DNA from: Trichoplax sp. H2
Taxonomy: Eukaryota
Length of the DNA stretch: 64,000 nt
NCBI GenBank assembly: GCA_003344405.1
Contig: NOWV01000020.1
Span: 558,001-622,000 of the forward strand
Reading direction: 5' to 3'
This document shows, one piece after another, positions 22,176-35,442 of the stretch. The position numbers and the translations under genes were made by a program. A model generated the notes under the pieces. It searched no databases and had not been told where the DNA came from. It saw nothing but the letters and a program-made list of their open reading frames with translations. Within the stretch, counting starts at the first letter, position 1, and each line of letters opens with the position of its first letter.

Positions 22176-24217
22176 GAAACAATACGTTCCATGCGCTTTC
22201 ATGTTATGAAAGCTCTTTCGGATCAGTGTTGATCAGAGATAAACATAACATTAGTGCTGCAGATCGCTTTGACAACTGGATCTTTCATGGCCTACATCTT
22301 CTGCACTTACAGTACAGTACAGCGTATATGGGAAATTGTTGTACCGTAGTGCTAATTATATTGATAGCAAGACAACAATGGCAATGAAAGATGGGAATAT
22401 GTAATAAACACCTTGTAATTGGTGCCATGAACAAACTCATAACAAGCGTTGCCGTTGAAATATTACGTACCTTGTTTGGCGTTTATGTGGCTGGCACATT
22501 AGCAGCTGGTAGATCTGCAGAACAGCCAACTACAAAATACATATCAGCAAGCCATACACAGCTTGTTTTCTTGCATTATTCTATGATCAAAAGGAATACG
22601 CCGCTGTGCTACAGTTATTTATAAGATTCTCGTATTCTTGTAATGACAACAATACATTCACGGACTAGGCGATTACTTGTACAGTGTACAGTACTGGTAT
22701 AAATAATTTTGTTATCGTCCTAGCAGGTTAGTAATATTAAATGTGGACAAGATTGAAAAGTACAGGATACCTAGTGTACAGTAGTGCACTGTATTGTCCA
22801 TGACAGTATTGATACTTTAAATTAATTTCCTTCCATTAGCTACACAATGTCATCAGCGTTGGGTTAATTAATTATAGAATTATCCATAATAGAGGATTGC
22901 CTTTCATTTGCAGATTGGTGTTCAAATGGCTGGCACAGTATAAAACAGTTATTGTAATAGTAAGTATGATATAAAGATTCTAGTCTTCTACATTCCGATA
23001 ATTACGCATAGACGTATTATACTTTGCTACAACACATCATAAGAAATGATTACAAGCCTAGCTCATCTTTTGAACTGCCAATAATGGTGCTAAATAGTTA
23101 GGACAAATATTACCTTGGTACCCATTTTAATTGAGGTTATTGATCAAAGGATTGCTTCATCATTCCTATTGTTGAAATTATGTACAGGTCATACGTCAAA
23201 TAGAATAAACTACATAACGCATAAAAGTTGAAATATCATGAAATACGCTCACAATTTCTCATTCCAAGACAATATAAAGTTGAAAGATTAATGGCGTGAT
23301 GAATAGTCCGTAACTAGTCTATTTTAAAGTGCTTCGTCGAATATCAATGCCAACTTATCTTATTAATGACCGTTATGTATCGCTATTCATTAAGATAACA
23401 ATAAAATGAAAGAACTAAATAATATCACCCTAAGGCTAAGAGAACGCCGATTTTAATGAAATTGTTACATCGCAGACTGATGGCATTATTGGTTAACTTT
23501 ATTTGTTTTTCACCAGGTTATGTAGTCTTTATTACTAGCCTACTGGCTAAAATATTTAGTACCATATACAGAACTTAAATGTAAAAAAAAACTTGCAATA
23601 TTGACGGAAAGTGTTTACAAGTTTACAAGAAATTAGTAGGTTAACTATTTTTTTTTTACCCTAATCAAAGGTTAAAGATAACGTTCGAAATTTCCCATAA
23701 CAAATTCATCAAGTAATTGATAATTCGTTACTACAATATCGATTTTATTGTACTGCATCACCTACGATAATTCGTTATAAATTAACCATGGTATGATTCA
23801 TTATCAGTTATGTACTATTAGTGGCTATATTGAGATTCTGTTAAATATAATCAAACTGTTGTTGTCCTCTCTAATTTCACCAATATACAGTACGTACTGT
23901 ATCAATTTTGAGTTTATATCCATGCTGTATTTTTTTAATTCCATTTTCTAAGTTCATTACATTTTTATACCTACGCGTATTGGTTATCTAGTATTAATAG
24001 AGAACTTTCAGTAATAAAAAGGTTTATATTGTCACTCTTGTGAACTGGAGCTTCTACTTTCATCACTATCGCTCAAATTTATCAAACAAATTTTGAATTT
24101 TTTTCGTAGTTAAAAGGCTAATACGCCATATTATTACTTTGGAAATCTATGTAGCTTTATTTCTTATCCATAACATTGATAGTTCAGGCTCATCAATAAC
24201 TTTGTTTTAACTTTACG

Positions 24218-26998
24218 ATGGATACACCAATTGTAATCGGTAGGCCACAGCAAAATGTGACCGTAGACTATCATCTGCAACATAATTTTACATCTACGGT
24301 CGAAACTGTAATAAATGACTGTGCTGATATGTGGTACAGTATAATATTTCTAGTAACATTATTTCTAACATTTCTATTTAATACTATTTGCTTATTTATA
24401 ATTTGGAATATCAATGGATTTAAAAATAATAAGAATCATCTATATGTTCGAGCATTACTAGTGTGCGATGTAGGTGCTGCATTATTTATGGCAGTTTGCC
24501 CCAGCATGTATCTTATTGATTGCAGCTTTGTCAAGTCACAAGGGCTATGTTCTGCTATTGGCTTTATAACTTCTGTATTTAACGGCATGACTGCACTTAT
24601 AGTCGCGTTAATGTGCATTGATCGTTATTTAGCCATAATTAAACCATTTCTGTATCGTAGAATTGTAACGTACAACAAAATTGTAATTTGTATTATTCTA
24701 TGCGCTGTTTGGCTTAGCCTTCACATGGCGATACCTCTATGGGGTTCAGGGAAATTTATAACATACCCTATAGGCAGATATTGCTCATTTGATATATTTG
24801 AGAAGAAACCATACGATCGTGTATTATCTTATTTAGTATTTGGAGAAGGCATTATTATATCCTTCTTAGTCATATTTTGTAGCATTCGTATTATTCGATC
24901 ATTACGAAAGCAACGCAAATCAATTAAAACCATGTCTATCAAGCAAACAAGCAGAGCAAAAGCACGATTAATAACTGGCAATTTCGAAATGTTGACAGCA
25001 TGGATTGCAGTTTGCTTCATCTCATGTTATTTACCATTTGTGGTAAGTGCGGTTGATAAAATTAAACTAATTATATGTGATTATTAATTATAACAATTTA
25101 CTGCTTTTATCTTGTATACGACAGAGTACTCGTGTATTCGTGAGTAAGCAATTCTTCTGTTAACAATTTTATCAGTAGTACAAAAGCGTGAAATTCAATA
25201 ATGGTTGCTTTAAAATTTTACTCTATCAGCGATTTTCGACGATGAGACTTTTACTAATGTGATATATTTTAACCATTTTCTGCGATAGATAGAGGCAACA
25301 GGTGTTTAATACTTTATAATTTAAGAGTATATTTGTAGCCAAGCATATCCTTATATTATGCGTAGAAGCTAATTATAAATATACCAGAGAAATTTTAGAA
25401 TTTAACTACGTGCGACAGCAAAATACTGTTGAGTCACATTTACGAAACATTTATTCATGTAAGCTCCTCTATACCGTATTATCACACCGCATTGATTTAA
25501 CTAAATAAGATTTGAAAGAATAGTTATTCGTGCAATTGATCATGTTAAAGAGCTATCAATGTTTAGAAAGAAATCTTTCGATAATACACACATTACTTTA
25601 AATAGGTATAAGCCTCTTTAATGGAATATTCATTTCGCAATTTCTTTATCGATAATTTTTTTAATTGATATCGCTGAAACGTGTAGAACGTTACATCGCG
25701 ATGGCAACGCCGTAAATCTGGTGAAGGCATTCTATAGAGAAAGAATATAGTTATGTTAGACTAATTCAAATTACTTCCGCTTTGTCACTTAGCTAATTTG
25801 TCTCGTTATATTTATTCGTTTTGCCTAGTTTTTATCCTGATTTGTTCAATTTTGAGGACTTTTGATAATACCTTTATAGTCTTCATTAAAATATTTCAAT
25901 TTGACATTAATGGCAAATTGTTAAATTATTCTTTTCTGTATAGTTATTCCGATTGCTATGCATGATTAATATTGAGCTTCAAGATACCTTTGGCCACTAT
26001 ATCACGGAGAATATTCTGTACTTAAATCCACTACTGAATCCATTTTTATGTGTCACGTATAACAAACGTTACAGAACAAAATTTCATATCATGCTAATGC
26101 AGTGTGGCTTAGTTTGCTGTATAAGCAAAGTAAGACGAAAACTGGAAACAGGTGAGCTTATCTGGAGCTAGTCCAATTATACTCTTCAGTAATATTATAA
26201 TCGCTCATTTTTTAGTCAAACATGCTTAACATACAGACCAAAGTATTGCAGATAAATAGAATTTTACCCTAATTTTTTTAAATATGCATAACTTATATGT
26301 ATCTAAAGGGTTTTTGCATTCTTCTTCTTGCATATTTAGCTATCCAAGTTGATAGAGTCGAAATGGCTCTACCTTCTGCTTTTGATGAGAGAAAAAGTAC
26401 TGTTGTTAGTGCCAATGATACATCCTGTATGGATTTTGAGTCTAGATTTCAGGTTAATACGATGCGAAAATCTTCAACCATTCTTTCAATGGTTGATCTC
26501 CATAACGTCCATTTAGATCGTGAGAGCAATCTTATAAAACTGCAGAAACTTCGTGCGAATAGCAAACTTAGCAGGACTCTTCAAAATCATATACTTAGTC
26601 ATGAACAAAATGATAGCGGTCATGAAAATATTCCAGCCAGCCGTACAAGTCCCACTAATAGTATTACAGATAATGTTTCGGTTACATTTATGATCGATAA
26701 CACTGATAACACCGCTGAAAATACTGATCATTCTGATGATACCGGAATTTATATAAATGATAACATCAATGACATTAATGATGACAAAATCAATTACAAT
26801 GACTTTAACAAAACTGATAATACTAATAAGGCGGAGATTACTATTGCCGTCGATAGATCTGATAAAGTTAGTAATAGTAATTTTAAAATAGTTGATACTA
26901 ATGATGTTGCAAATAATGTAAAGGACACTGGCGAAGATGGAAATAGCAACAGCAATACTAATTTAGATGCGACGGATACGTATTACGCAAGCTTTTGA
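24218..26998 (+). CDS. Class A GPCR, prostanoid-receptor-like; exons 24218-25042, 25944-26151, 26340-26998
   Basis: LLVCD (TM2), MCIDRYLAIIKPFLY (DRY), GKFITYPIGRYCSFDI (ECL2), CYLPFV|LFRLL (TM6 split by an intron), LNPLLNPFL (TM7). Splice phases are consistent. The last exon adds about 220 aa of D/N/T-rich tail. Confidence 0.85.
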
Positions 26999-29900
26999 GA
27001 GCTTAAATTACTGGATAAAACGATCAAACTAACGTAATCATCGTCTTAATTCTGATTAATGGCTTTTACAGCTATGAATTAATTGGTTTCTCCATCGATC
27101 AGATTCGCTAATAGCTATGTTGGAGATAATATTGGATCTTATCCAAAGATTACATAACTTAATATAATAATAACATGATTATTGCTAAGATAAATACAAA
27201 AGACTCTGTTTATGGCGTATTTTAGAATTAATTATAGTTACTTTATAATTTCAACAGTTACGAATACTATTATACTGTTGAATCAGATGAGCTCAAAATA
27301 AACTTTTCATAATAATAAATTACATTTGACAATGAAAAATTAAAGTGATTCAGTTGTTGCTTGAACTTATGACCGTCACTCGATAAAATAAGAATATGCA
27401 AACTACATGTATTAAAAATCCTACTACGCTGTGAATGACATGCATTATTTATGATACGTATCCATGGATAGAACATCTAAATATCGTGAATTATAATAAA
27501 ATTCATTATCCATGATATTTTATGCAACTAAGGAATAGGTATGCTAAAGAATAGGTTGTTGATTCTACTTAATCTTATTAGTTGTAGTTAAGTCAATATT
27601 GACTATAGCATGAACTTTCCTCCTCACACAACACCAAGTAATATTATACGTCATCTGGTATGCTAATAAAAGAAAGGAATATTGTAAAAAGCTTTCGTAC
27701 TTTGTCTTTGGATCTATTTCGTTATGCATCAGAATCATTTGGTCGAATGTGAGATCATGATATGTCGATGAATATCAAAACATGTTTTCAAATTAACGTA
27801 GATGAAATAAAAGATTTCAATTAGACGCACTCTTTCTTGAAATCATTTTAATAAGCATGTTTAGGAATATTTGCTTAGCAAATTAAGTTGGTGTGAATTA
27901 AAACTAAGCTTTGTATCAGGTCTTATACTTACTATTAATTTGGAAACTAGTTGAGGTTATAGACTTTTATTGGACATCATGGAGTTACGATATCTTAAAC
28001 CTCGAGCAATTTGCTACATTTTTTTACTCCTAATTTTAAGTATGGTCACCTTCCTTCCCACTATTGCCTATCATACACGAAATCCAGTATCAGAATATCA
28101 TTTCTTGTAAGTAAATCGTTATTAGATGATCATTATAATTATTAATTAATTGGTAACTTTAAATTTTCCCTTTGCCTTATCCAATGAAAAACTTCAGTTA
28201 ATCTGATATAATAATGTAATAAGAAGTCATGTAGGTACTTTACGTTCGGAATTTCATCTGTTAGCATGTGATAATGTGCTTAACTGTAATCGATACTCTA
28301 GTTTTGAATTTTAAATCGTAACTATAAAATAGAATCTTTATCAATAATCGTAGTCGAACTAAAAACGATAGCGGACTGGTACTGATAGCATAACTTCAAC
28401 CTTTGGCTTGTAACTTGCCTATTAATTAGTATAAAACTATGCCATTATTCACGTGTGCTGCATCGTTAATGATGCTGGAAAATGAAATTATTTGCTTAAA
28501 AATCATAATCTAGTTACTTTTATACATGATTAGCTAGCAAAATTTTCACGTAAACTGCGTACTTAGGTAATTTAGATATCTGAAAACTGCATTAATGGTT
28601 TTCGTCATCAAATCACAGTAAAGTGCTTTTAAGTCAAACATTTAGAACCTTACAGTTGTTAAATATTGGCTGCTTTTAGTACCGTACTTAGTGTAAATAA
28701 GTGAATACGATAGGAATTATTTGTCTACGACAGCTTAATTAGTTTTTAGAGACATAGTTTTAATATCACAAGTCTCAGAATTAAACTATCTTATTACAAC
28801 GAATGAATTCAGTGGTTTTACCCTATATTTAGATAGTTTTAGCTTCTTATGATCCTAGAAGAAACTATGATATCTGTTAGTATTAATTTCTACCTTTGAT
28901 TCCCTCATAAGTTTTTTAATTTCTTTATTTCTTCATCATTTTTAGTATAAGTTAGTATCCTAACAAAAGTCTGATCATTTAAATTTGATGGGGTCATATC
29001 ATGTGATAGATTAACTTTTAACTTAATAAGTTCAACAGTATTAGACATCAAAATCGTAGTACGTTATACTAACTATTACTTTTATCGAAGCAAACTTTGA
29101 ATTGGTAATTCAATGTTTGCGAGTGTAGTAAGATTCTGATTCGTTAGGTAATATTTCTAGTTATATCATACAGCAAGTAAAGTTACTTTCATGATTTTAT
29201 TACTTTATATGCGATACTGTATTAAGAAAGCTTGAAAATATAATAGCAAAGTGCAGATTGCTGGGTAATAACACAATATAAAACTGCTAAAACACCCTAC
29301 AACAGGTTGCAGTACTTCGACGTCTAGTGCTCCCACCTTATCTGTGTGAGAACATAATTTAATTTGAGAAAGTATCAATGTACGGTTGAACCACAATAGA
29401 AATGTTGACCTTATCTTTCTGTTATTTTGCCAAGCTTTTTTTGCAAGCAGTAAGTAGATAATCTCTAGCAGATAACTATTAACTGAGTGTATTGCATTTC
29501 ATTCCCCTATTATCGTTAGACATTTGAAAATGGTCTAGAATAGCCGTAGATAAGTAAAATTTAATTTTTAATTTTTTAATAAACACTTTATGATAACTTT
29601 ATTTTAATTCTTATAAACTAAGAGGAACTTTTAGCACTAATTATAAATCCTTTATGATATATACCATAAATTATTATTTCCCCTGCGTGATCGCATTACA
29701 TAACGACATTAAAACACCCTAACTTAAACAATTGAATAGATTTAGTATTAATGAAAATAGGTTTGAAAAATAAAGGTTGAATGACAAAAGTATTCTTCTT
29801 TTATTAAAAAACACTAGAGATTTTAATATTCATTAGTAATCATGCAAATAATATCTTAGTTGCATAAAATTACTGAGATAGAGATATATTATTATTACTT

Positions 29901-31333
29901 TAAACTCGTTACAAGTCGAACACCCGCGTAGTAAACATCTGAGTTCGAATTAGACAGTTAATCTGGATAAAATATGCTAATAACTAATTTATAGTCTGAT
30001 TCGATTATTGAAATTTTAATAATGTCGGAAAGAATTACTACTTTTGTCTGTAAAAGAGAATTACCAAAGTCGGCTGGAGTTTGTTGTTTAGCATAGTGAT
30101 ACTAGATCAGTCGTTGAATATTACTGCATGATCTGTCAACACGACGTATACTTTCTATCATCTTTCTATCATCTGATCAACAGTACCAATACGTTGATAA
30201 AAAAAATTTTGTCATGCGAGAATTCATTTAAGGATAACGGTAACGGCATATACTGTTGCTTAGAATATAGGATGTAGATAAGATAAAATAAATTTTAATT
30301 TAGTTTGTTGTTATCATGATTATGCGATTACCAATTTTTAGATGTGTTTTGTTACTATTGGAATTTTCGAACTTTGTACTGTACATTTACAACCAATAAA
30401 CTAGGGCTATAAAAATTTGTTTTCCGATAAAAGTTTAAGTAATCATTTTATGCGCGATTAGTTAGCTTCTTAAAAAAGTTTTGAAATCTTGGAATTGAAG
30501 TAATTGCTACGTTCTAGCTCGAAAGAATAAGTATTTAGATTCCTACATATTACAGTGGACAAGCAGAGAAAACTTAATATTCGTACATAGTACGGTACAC
30601 TTCGGTTCGATAGGTTGTAAGGGGTTAAACTGGCTACATAAATTTAAATGCTTGCTTTACTTTAGAAATAATCAGACAATCGCACTTCTACTAAAGATAG
30701 TAACTAGAATGAAATAGCTGTATTCACTTTCGTACCACAGTGCAACGATTTTAAAATGAAATCTGATTTGCAGGAGGTTACAGCGATTTTCGGTGGGAAA
30801 TGTTTCATTTAAAGTGGGGTAAATTATCGTTTTTTTCGTTATAATGATGGCCACAATGAGAATTACTATGATATGATTATGTTCTGAAATGGCCTATCAG
30901 CAACAGCAAATTGCTTATTGATTTTACTGACTGCCTGCTGATGACTTTTATTAGCTTCGAATATAATACAGAATTGGTTAACACTGTTTCATTTATTGAT
31001 GATTAATTTCAAAAAAGTAAAGAGATGGAAATTAATATAGTAAAGATCTCTATAATTGCGCTAGCATACGCAAAGTGATACAATATTATATTTGTAGATA
31101 TATACCAGTACAAGTGTATATGCACACTTATAAAGCTCTTATAAATAAATAATTAAACGATATTAGAAGGAGTAAGCATTTTCTTCATTAGATCTTGCAA
31201 CAAATGATTGACTGGTTTGCTAAAGTATCTATTATATGGTTAATAATGCTATTTTACAGAGTTTTTCTTCTCTATGTAGCTGATTACCGGCCGTGATTTC
31301 TTGTTTAATTTTTTTAAACACTATATTCGTATA

Positions 31334-33438
31334 ATGCTCAAATTCTGGGCTAGAAAGGACCTGTAAATAGTTATGATAATGATCTGATAACGCTAATCGA
31401 AATTTTCGATTACTTCTTTTCAGAAATTTGACGCTATTGAATTTATCACAAGTGGATCATGCAGTAATACTTGAAATTAATCAAACTTATGCTGGAAGAC
31501 CTGAGTTGCAATCCTACTTATTACATTTACTGCAGTCAATCCCTGTACTTACGCCTAATGTCGGTAAGTCCCAATATCATCAATTCGTTTCGAACGATAT
31601 ACAGTACTCTGCGAATTTCATTCTTTCTTTATTGTCACTATGATTGTCATCAAATTAGGTCATAACCAATGATGTTATGTGCTTTGAAATGCTTGTCGCT
31701 GATCCTTTCTGTAACATAAATTTATTAGATACCAGTGCTAAGTGCCAACATCCTTTGCAACTTGATAATAAAACGAATACGTGTCAAGCTCAGTGCGATT
31801 GGCCTTGGACTTGGGATCGTTTTACTTATCCATCAGAAGCAGCGGCTATTGCTGTTTTAGTTACGAGTATTATTGGCATTGTCTCTATGATTTTTGTTAT
31901 TAGCACATGGCTCTGTTCGAAATCACTGTAAGTATAGTGATAATTTCGTTGTGGCTCAAATTATGACATAAAAAACACTTAATGTTTTCTTGGATTTTAT
32001 TTGATAGGCTTAAATTTCCTCACTCTATTCCGTTATTTATGATGTTATCGGTGACATCTTATAGTAAGTATACTATTCTGGTAATTTCATAACTACGGTA
32101 TTTTAGAAGTTATGATAACTTTTGATGTTGGTTAAATGCAGACGGACTAAAATGGGATTTTAAAATATCTGTTGTTATGATTTGATTTTAGCAATCGTCA
32201 GTTCTTTACCGGCTGTCCTTGGTTACAGAGAATCTTTCTGTGCAAGTCAATATTTAAATTTATATGGAACTGACCAAGTAACAGCATTTTGTCAAGCTCA
32301 AGGTAATGTAATTTTTAAGTTCATAGCATATTGTAATAGGATTGTACAAATGAAACAATTTAATGCGAGTTAAATTAGTACGTCCTACGTAGTCATTTGA
32401 TGGATTTATTGCTTTGCTACCCTTGTTTAATGAGGTATCATTCGATCGCTACATATGTAGCTTATACCCGAACATTGTTTAAATTTTTTTCAATTTATTT
32501 CTAATGATAGGTGCTCTACTTCATTATCTAACAATCTCATTGGCAATTTGGTGGTTGTTTTATGTTGGCAATATGTATTTTATCGTTGTTCGCGGCAATA
32601 ATTCTATCTTAAACTCTCAAAATACTTTGATCATTACACAAGTTTGTGAGAGTTTTGTTGCATGGGGTATTCCAGGAATTTTGGTTGCTGTTGTTTTTGC
32701 GACACCTACTTCATATAAGCACAATGCAGCATTTAGCTTAGCTTGCTTTCCAGCCACGGTGAATTATTTCTATTACGCTTATTCACTTCCGTGCCAAATT
32801 TGTCTACTTGTTGGTCAGGTTATGCTTTGTGAAATAGTTCGATTTCTATATGAGGTAATGATAGAATTGCATAAGTAATATCAATTTCATAATTTAAGAT
32901 TACCGTCAATTTTATGATACTACTACTGTGAGCATGCATAAAAAATTCTGACGATCTTTATTTTTTAAATTGCTTATAGCTACGTCGCTACACTAAAAAG
33001 ACCAATGTATCTAGACCTTCAGGTGAAGAAGATACCTTGAAGTTGATACAATATCGTTTTGTCGCGCTAGCCTTTTGTTACTTGATAATCGTGACCACTT
33101 TTATGGTTATGACGACTATAACCATTCAAACTGCAGACGATTACGTAAAGATGGTCAAAATATACTTTCAGTGTTTAAGGTTAACAACCTGTGAACAGTG
33201 CCGTGATTTTTTACCAATTAGCAGATTTAGTCAGCGATCTCTGGGTATTTTAATTGGTATATCAAGTGGCGCGTTATGCTTGACTAATTTGATCTTTCTA
33301 ATACCAAGTAAAGAAACTAGAAAAGTCTGGCGTCGATGGTTTCGTCGAATTACATGTTCGAGTCATGCCCAGGTGGAACCGCGCGAAAGGTCAGCGTATC
33401 AAAATCCACTGTTAATTTATGACAGTAAAGTTGTATAG
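31334..33438 (+). CDS. Frizzled/Smoothened-class 7TM receptor, apparently without a cysteine-rich domain; 7 coding exons
   Basis: Exons about 31334-31362, 31424-31563, 31729-31927, 32008-32063, 32192-32302, 32511-32854 and 32980-33438 join in frame. Linker KCQHPL..CQAQC, KFPHSIPLFM (cf. RYPERPIIFL), HYLTISLAIWW (cf. YFFGMASSIWW), AWGIPG, Cys-containing ECL3, post-TM7 SKETRKVWRRW. The start codon is uncertain. Confidence 0.75.
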
Positions 33439-34006
33439 GGATCGAATGGCCAAAGATACTGTATATTGTCGTGTATATGCATGTTATTTACACATTATCT
33501 CATGAATGTATCATATTAATGGAGATATTTATCGCAAATACTCCGGTATATTTCCATATAAATTGACCACAACTTGTAAAAGTTCATTGCACAAACTTGC
33601 ACTATATTGTACTGTATTCTAGGATAATCATGGGAGTTATGTTTAAAATAATGAAGTATGTTAAAAGCTAGGTCATACTTTGCATGTTACATACGAAAAA
33701 TGCTGCTTTTGGCATTGATTACAATTTTAATTATTACCTGTCTGTCATACGCGTATATAGTAGTACTTATGTCAAATGATGGACCGATTGGACTGGATAA
33801 TTTATTTTTATTTGATGTGAGTTAAGCCATCGTTGAAGCTGTATCACCACTTCACCCAATTATGAAATGATTTTATATATTGTATGATAATTATTCGGTC
33901 TCCAATAGCTTGAGCAATGAAGTATTTATAATGAATGATTGCAGCTGTTTTATGCCAATTAGAATAATGTATTTTGTTGTTAGCTCGGTTTACAGCATGA
34001 TATTCG

Positions 34007-34823
34007 ATGTGCTCACTTCGTACAAGTACAGTATAGGGATGACGCAATTAAAAGCGAACTTTCTAGGACAAATGTTAAAATTGATTGAACAGGCGTTTTT
34101 ACTATCGATGATTGTAATCTACGGACGCCAAACTAGCCTGTAAGCTGGCGGAATCGAGTGGCATTCTTACTTAAGAGAAAGTATGCATCTTCCATCATGA
34201 CATGCTCGACTGCTATCTATTTCAAAGCATTGCTTTATAGCATTAGAATTGGTCGAGGTACGTTATGAAAACCTAGTTAAAGGCTAACTGTCTAGGACAA
34301 GCGTTAAAATTAATTGAACGGGCGTTTTTACTATCGATGATTGTAATCTACTGACGCCAGACTAGCCTGTAAGCTGGCTAAATCGAGTAGCCATTCTTAG
34401 TTAAGAGAAAATATGCATCTTCCATCATGACATACTCGGCTGCTATCCATTTCAAAGCATTGCTTTATTGCATTAGAATTAGTAGAGATACGTTATGAAA
34501 ACCTAGGGCAATTTTTTGTGCTATGACAAATGTGTTCACTTCGTACAAGTACAGTATAGGGATGAGGCAATTAAAGGCTAAGTGTCTAGGACAAGTGTCA
34601 AAATTGATTAAACAGGCTTTTTACTATCGATGATTGTAATCTACTGACGCCAGACTAGCCTGTAAGCTAGCTAAATCGAGTTGCCATTCTTAGTTAAGAG
34701 AAAATATATATCTTCCATCATGACATACTCGGCTGCTATCCATTTCAAGCATTAGTTTATTGCATTAGAATTGGTAGAGGTAACATTATAAAAACCTAGG
34801 GCAATTTTTGGTGCTATGATAAA
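34007..34823 (+). repeat. Three diverged tandem copies of a unit of about 294 bp
   Basis: Copies at 34007-34276, 34277-34529 (5'-truncated) and 34530-34823 share tttttactatcgatgattgtaatctac..actagcctgtaagct..tcttccatcatgacat..atttcaaagcatt..aaaacctag. Confidence 0.93.
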
Positions 34824-35094
34824 TTTAATCGGAGTAAAGAATTGACCGTGCTTCATTCACTGGATAACAGAATAACAGTGTACTCATGATGGAGAATCAA
34901 TCAGACAGTTTTGTTTTATACCATTGACAGCTGCTCAGAATGCATCAAGTTCAAAAATAGACATCACCCTTGAATCATTGCATACCGGGTTTTTAATTAA
35001 TTAATTCATTTAACCTCCATTTTCCCGTCAAGGATGACGAGTGAGATACTATATTGGTATGTCGATCGGAATACGACCCGATCCATTGGCTTAA

Positions 35095-35400
35095 TAGTGT
35101 ACAGTACAGTATACTCATGATTTCATCGAATGACAGCAGCTATGGATGAACGTCCAGTAAATGTCCGTCCAAGAGTCGATTACAGCACGGCGTGTGTGTA
35201 CTGAACGGCGCTACAGTCTAATCGTGACTTGAAATAATATGGAGCAAGGCCTAACTAGCAGGGGATTGGTTATTGGGTGATTGGTGGTAGTTGTACAGTG
35301 CTTTTGTACTAAATTTGGGGGGGTTATTTGACCGGGGGTTACACAACTAACTGGTTACAGTAACTGGTCAACGTACGTCATCAAGCGACTCAGCTGCTTC
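35095..35400. promoter_or_regulatory. Probable EXOSC4 promoter, GC-richer, with sparse GTAC units and TGTCCGTCCAAGA motif
   Basis: gtgtacagtacagtatac at about 35097, tgtccgtccaaga at 35162-35174, reverse CCAAT (attgg) copies at about 35265-35285. Immediately upstream of ATG 35443. Confidence 0.55.
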
Positions 35401-35442
35401 GTGGTTCGGTGCATTGAAGTAACGAAACCATTTGAAATTAAA

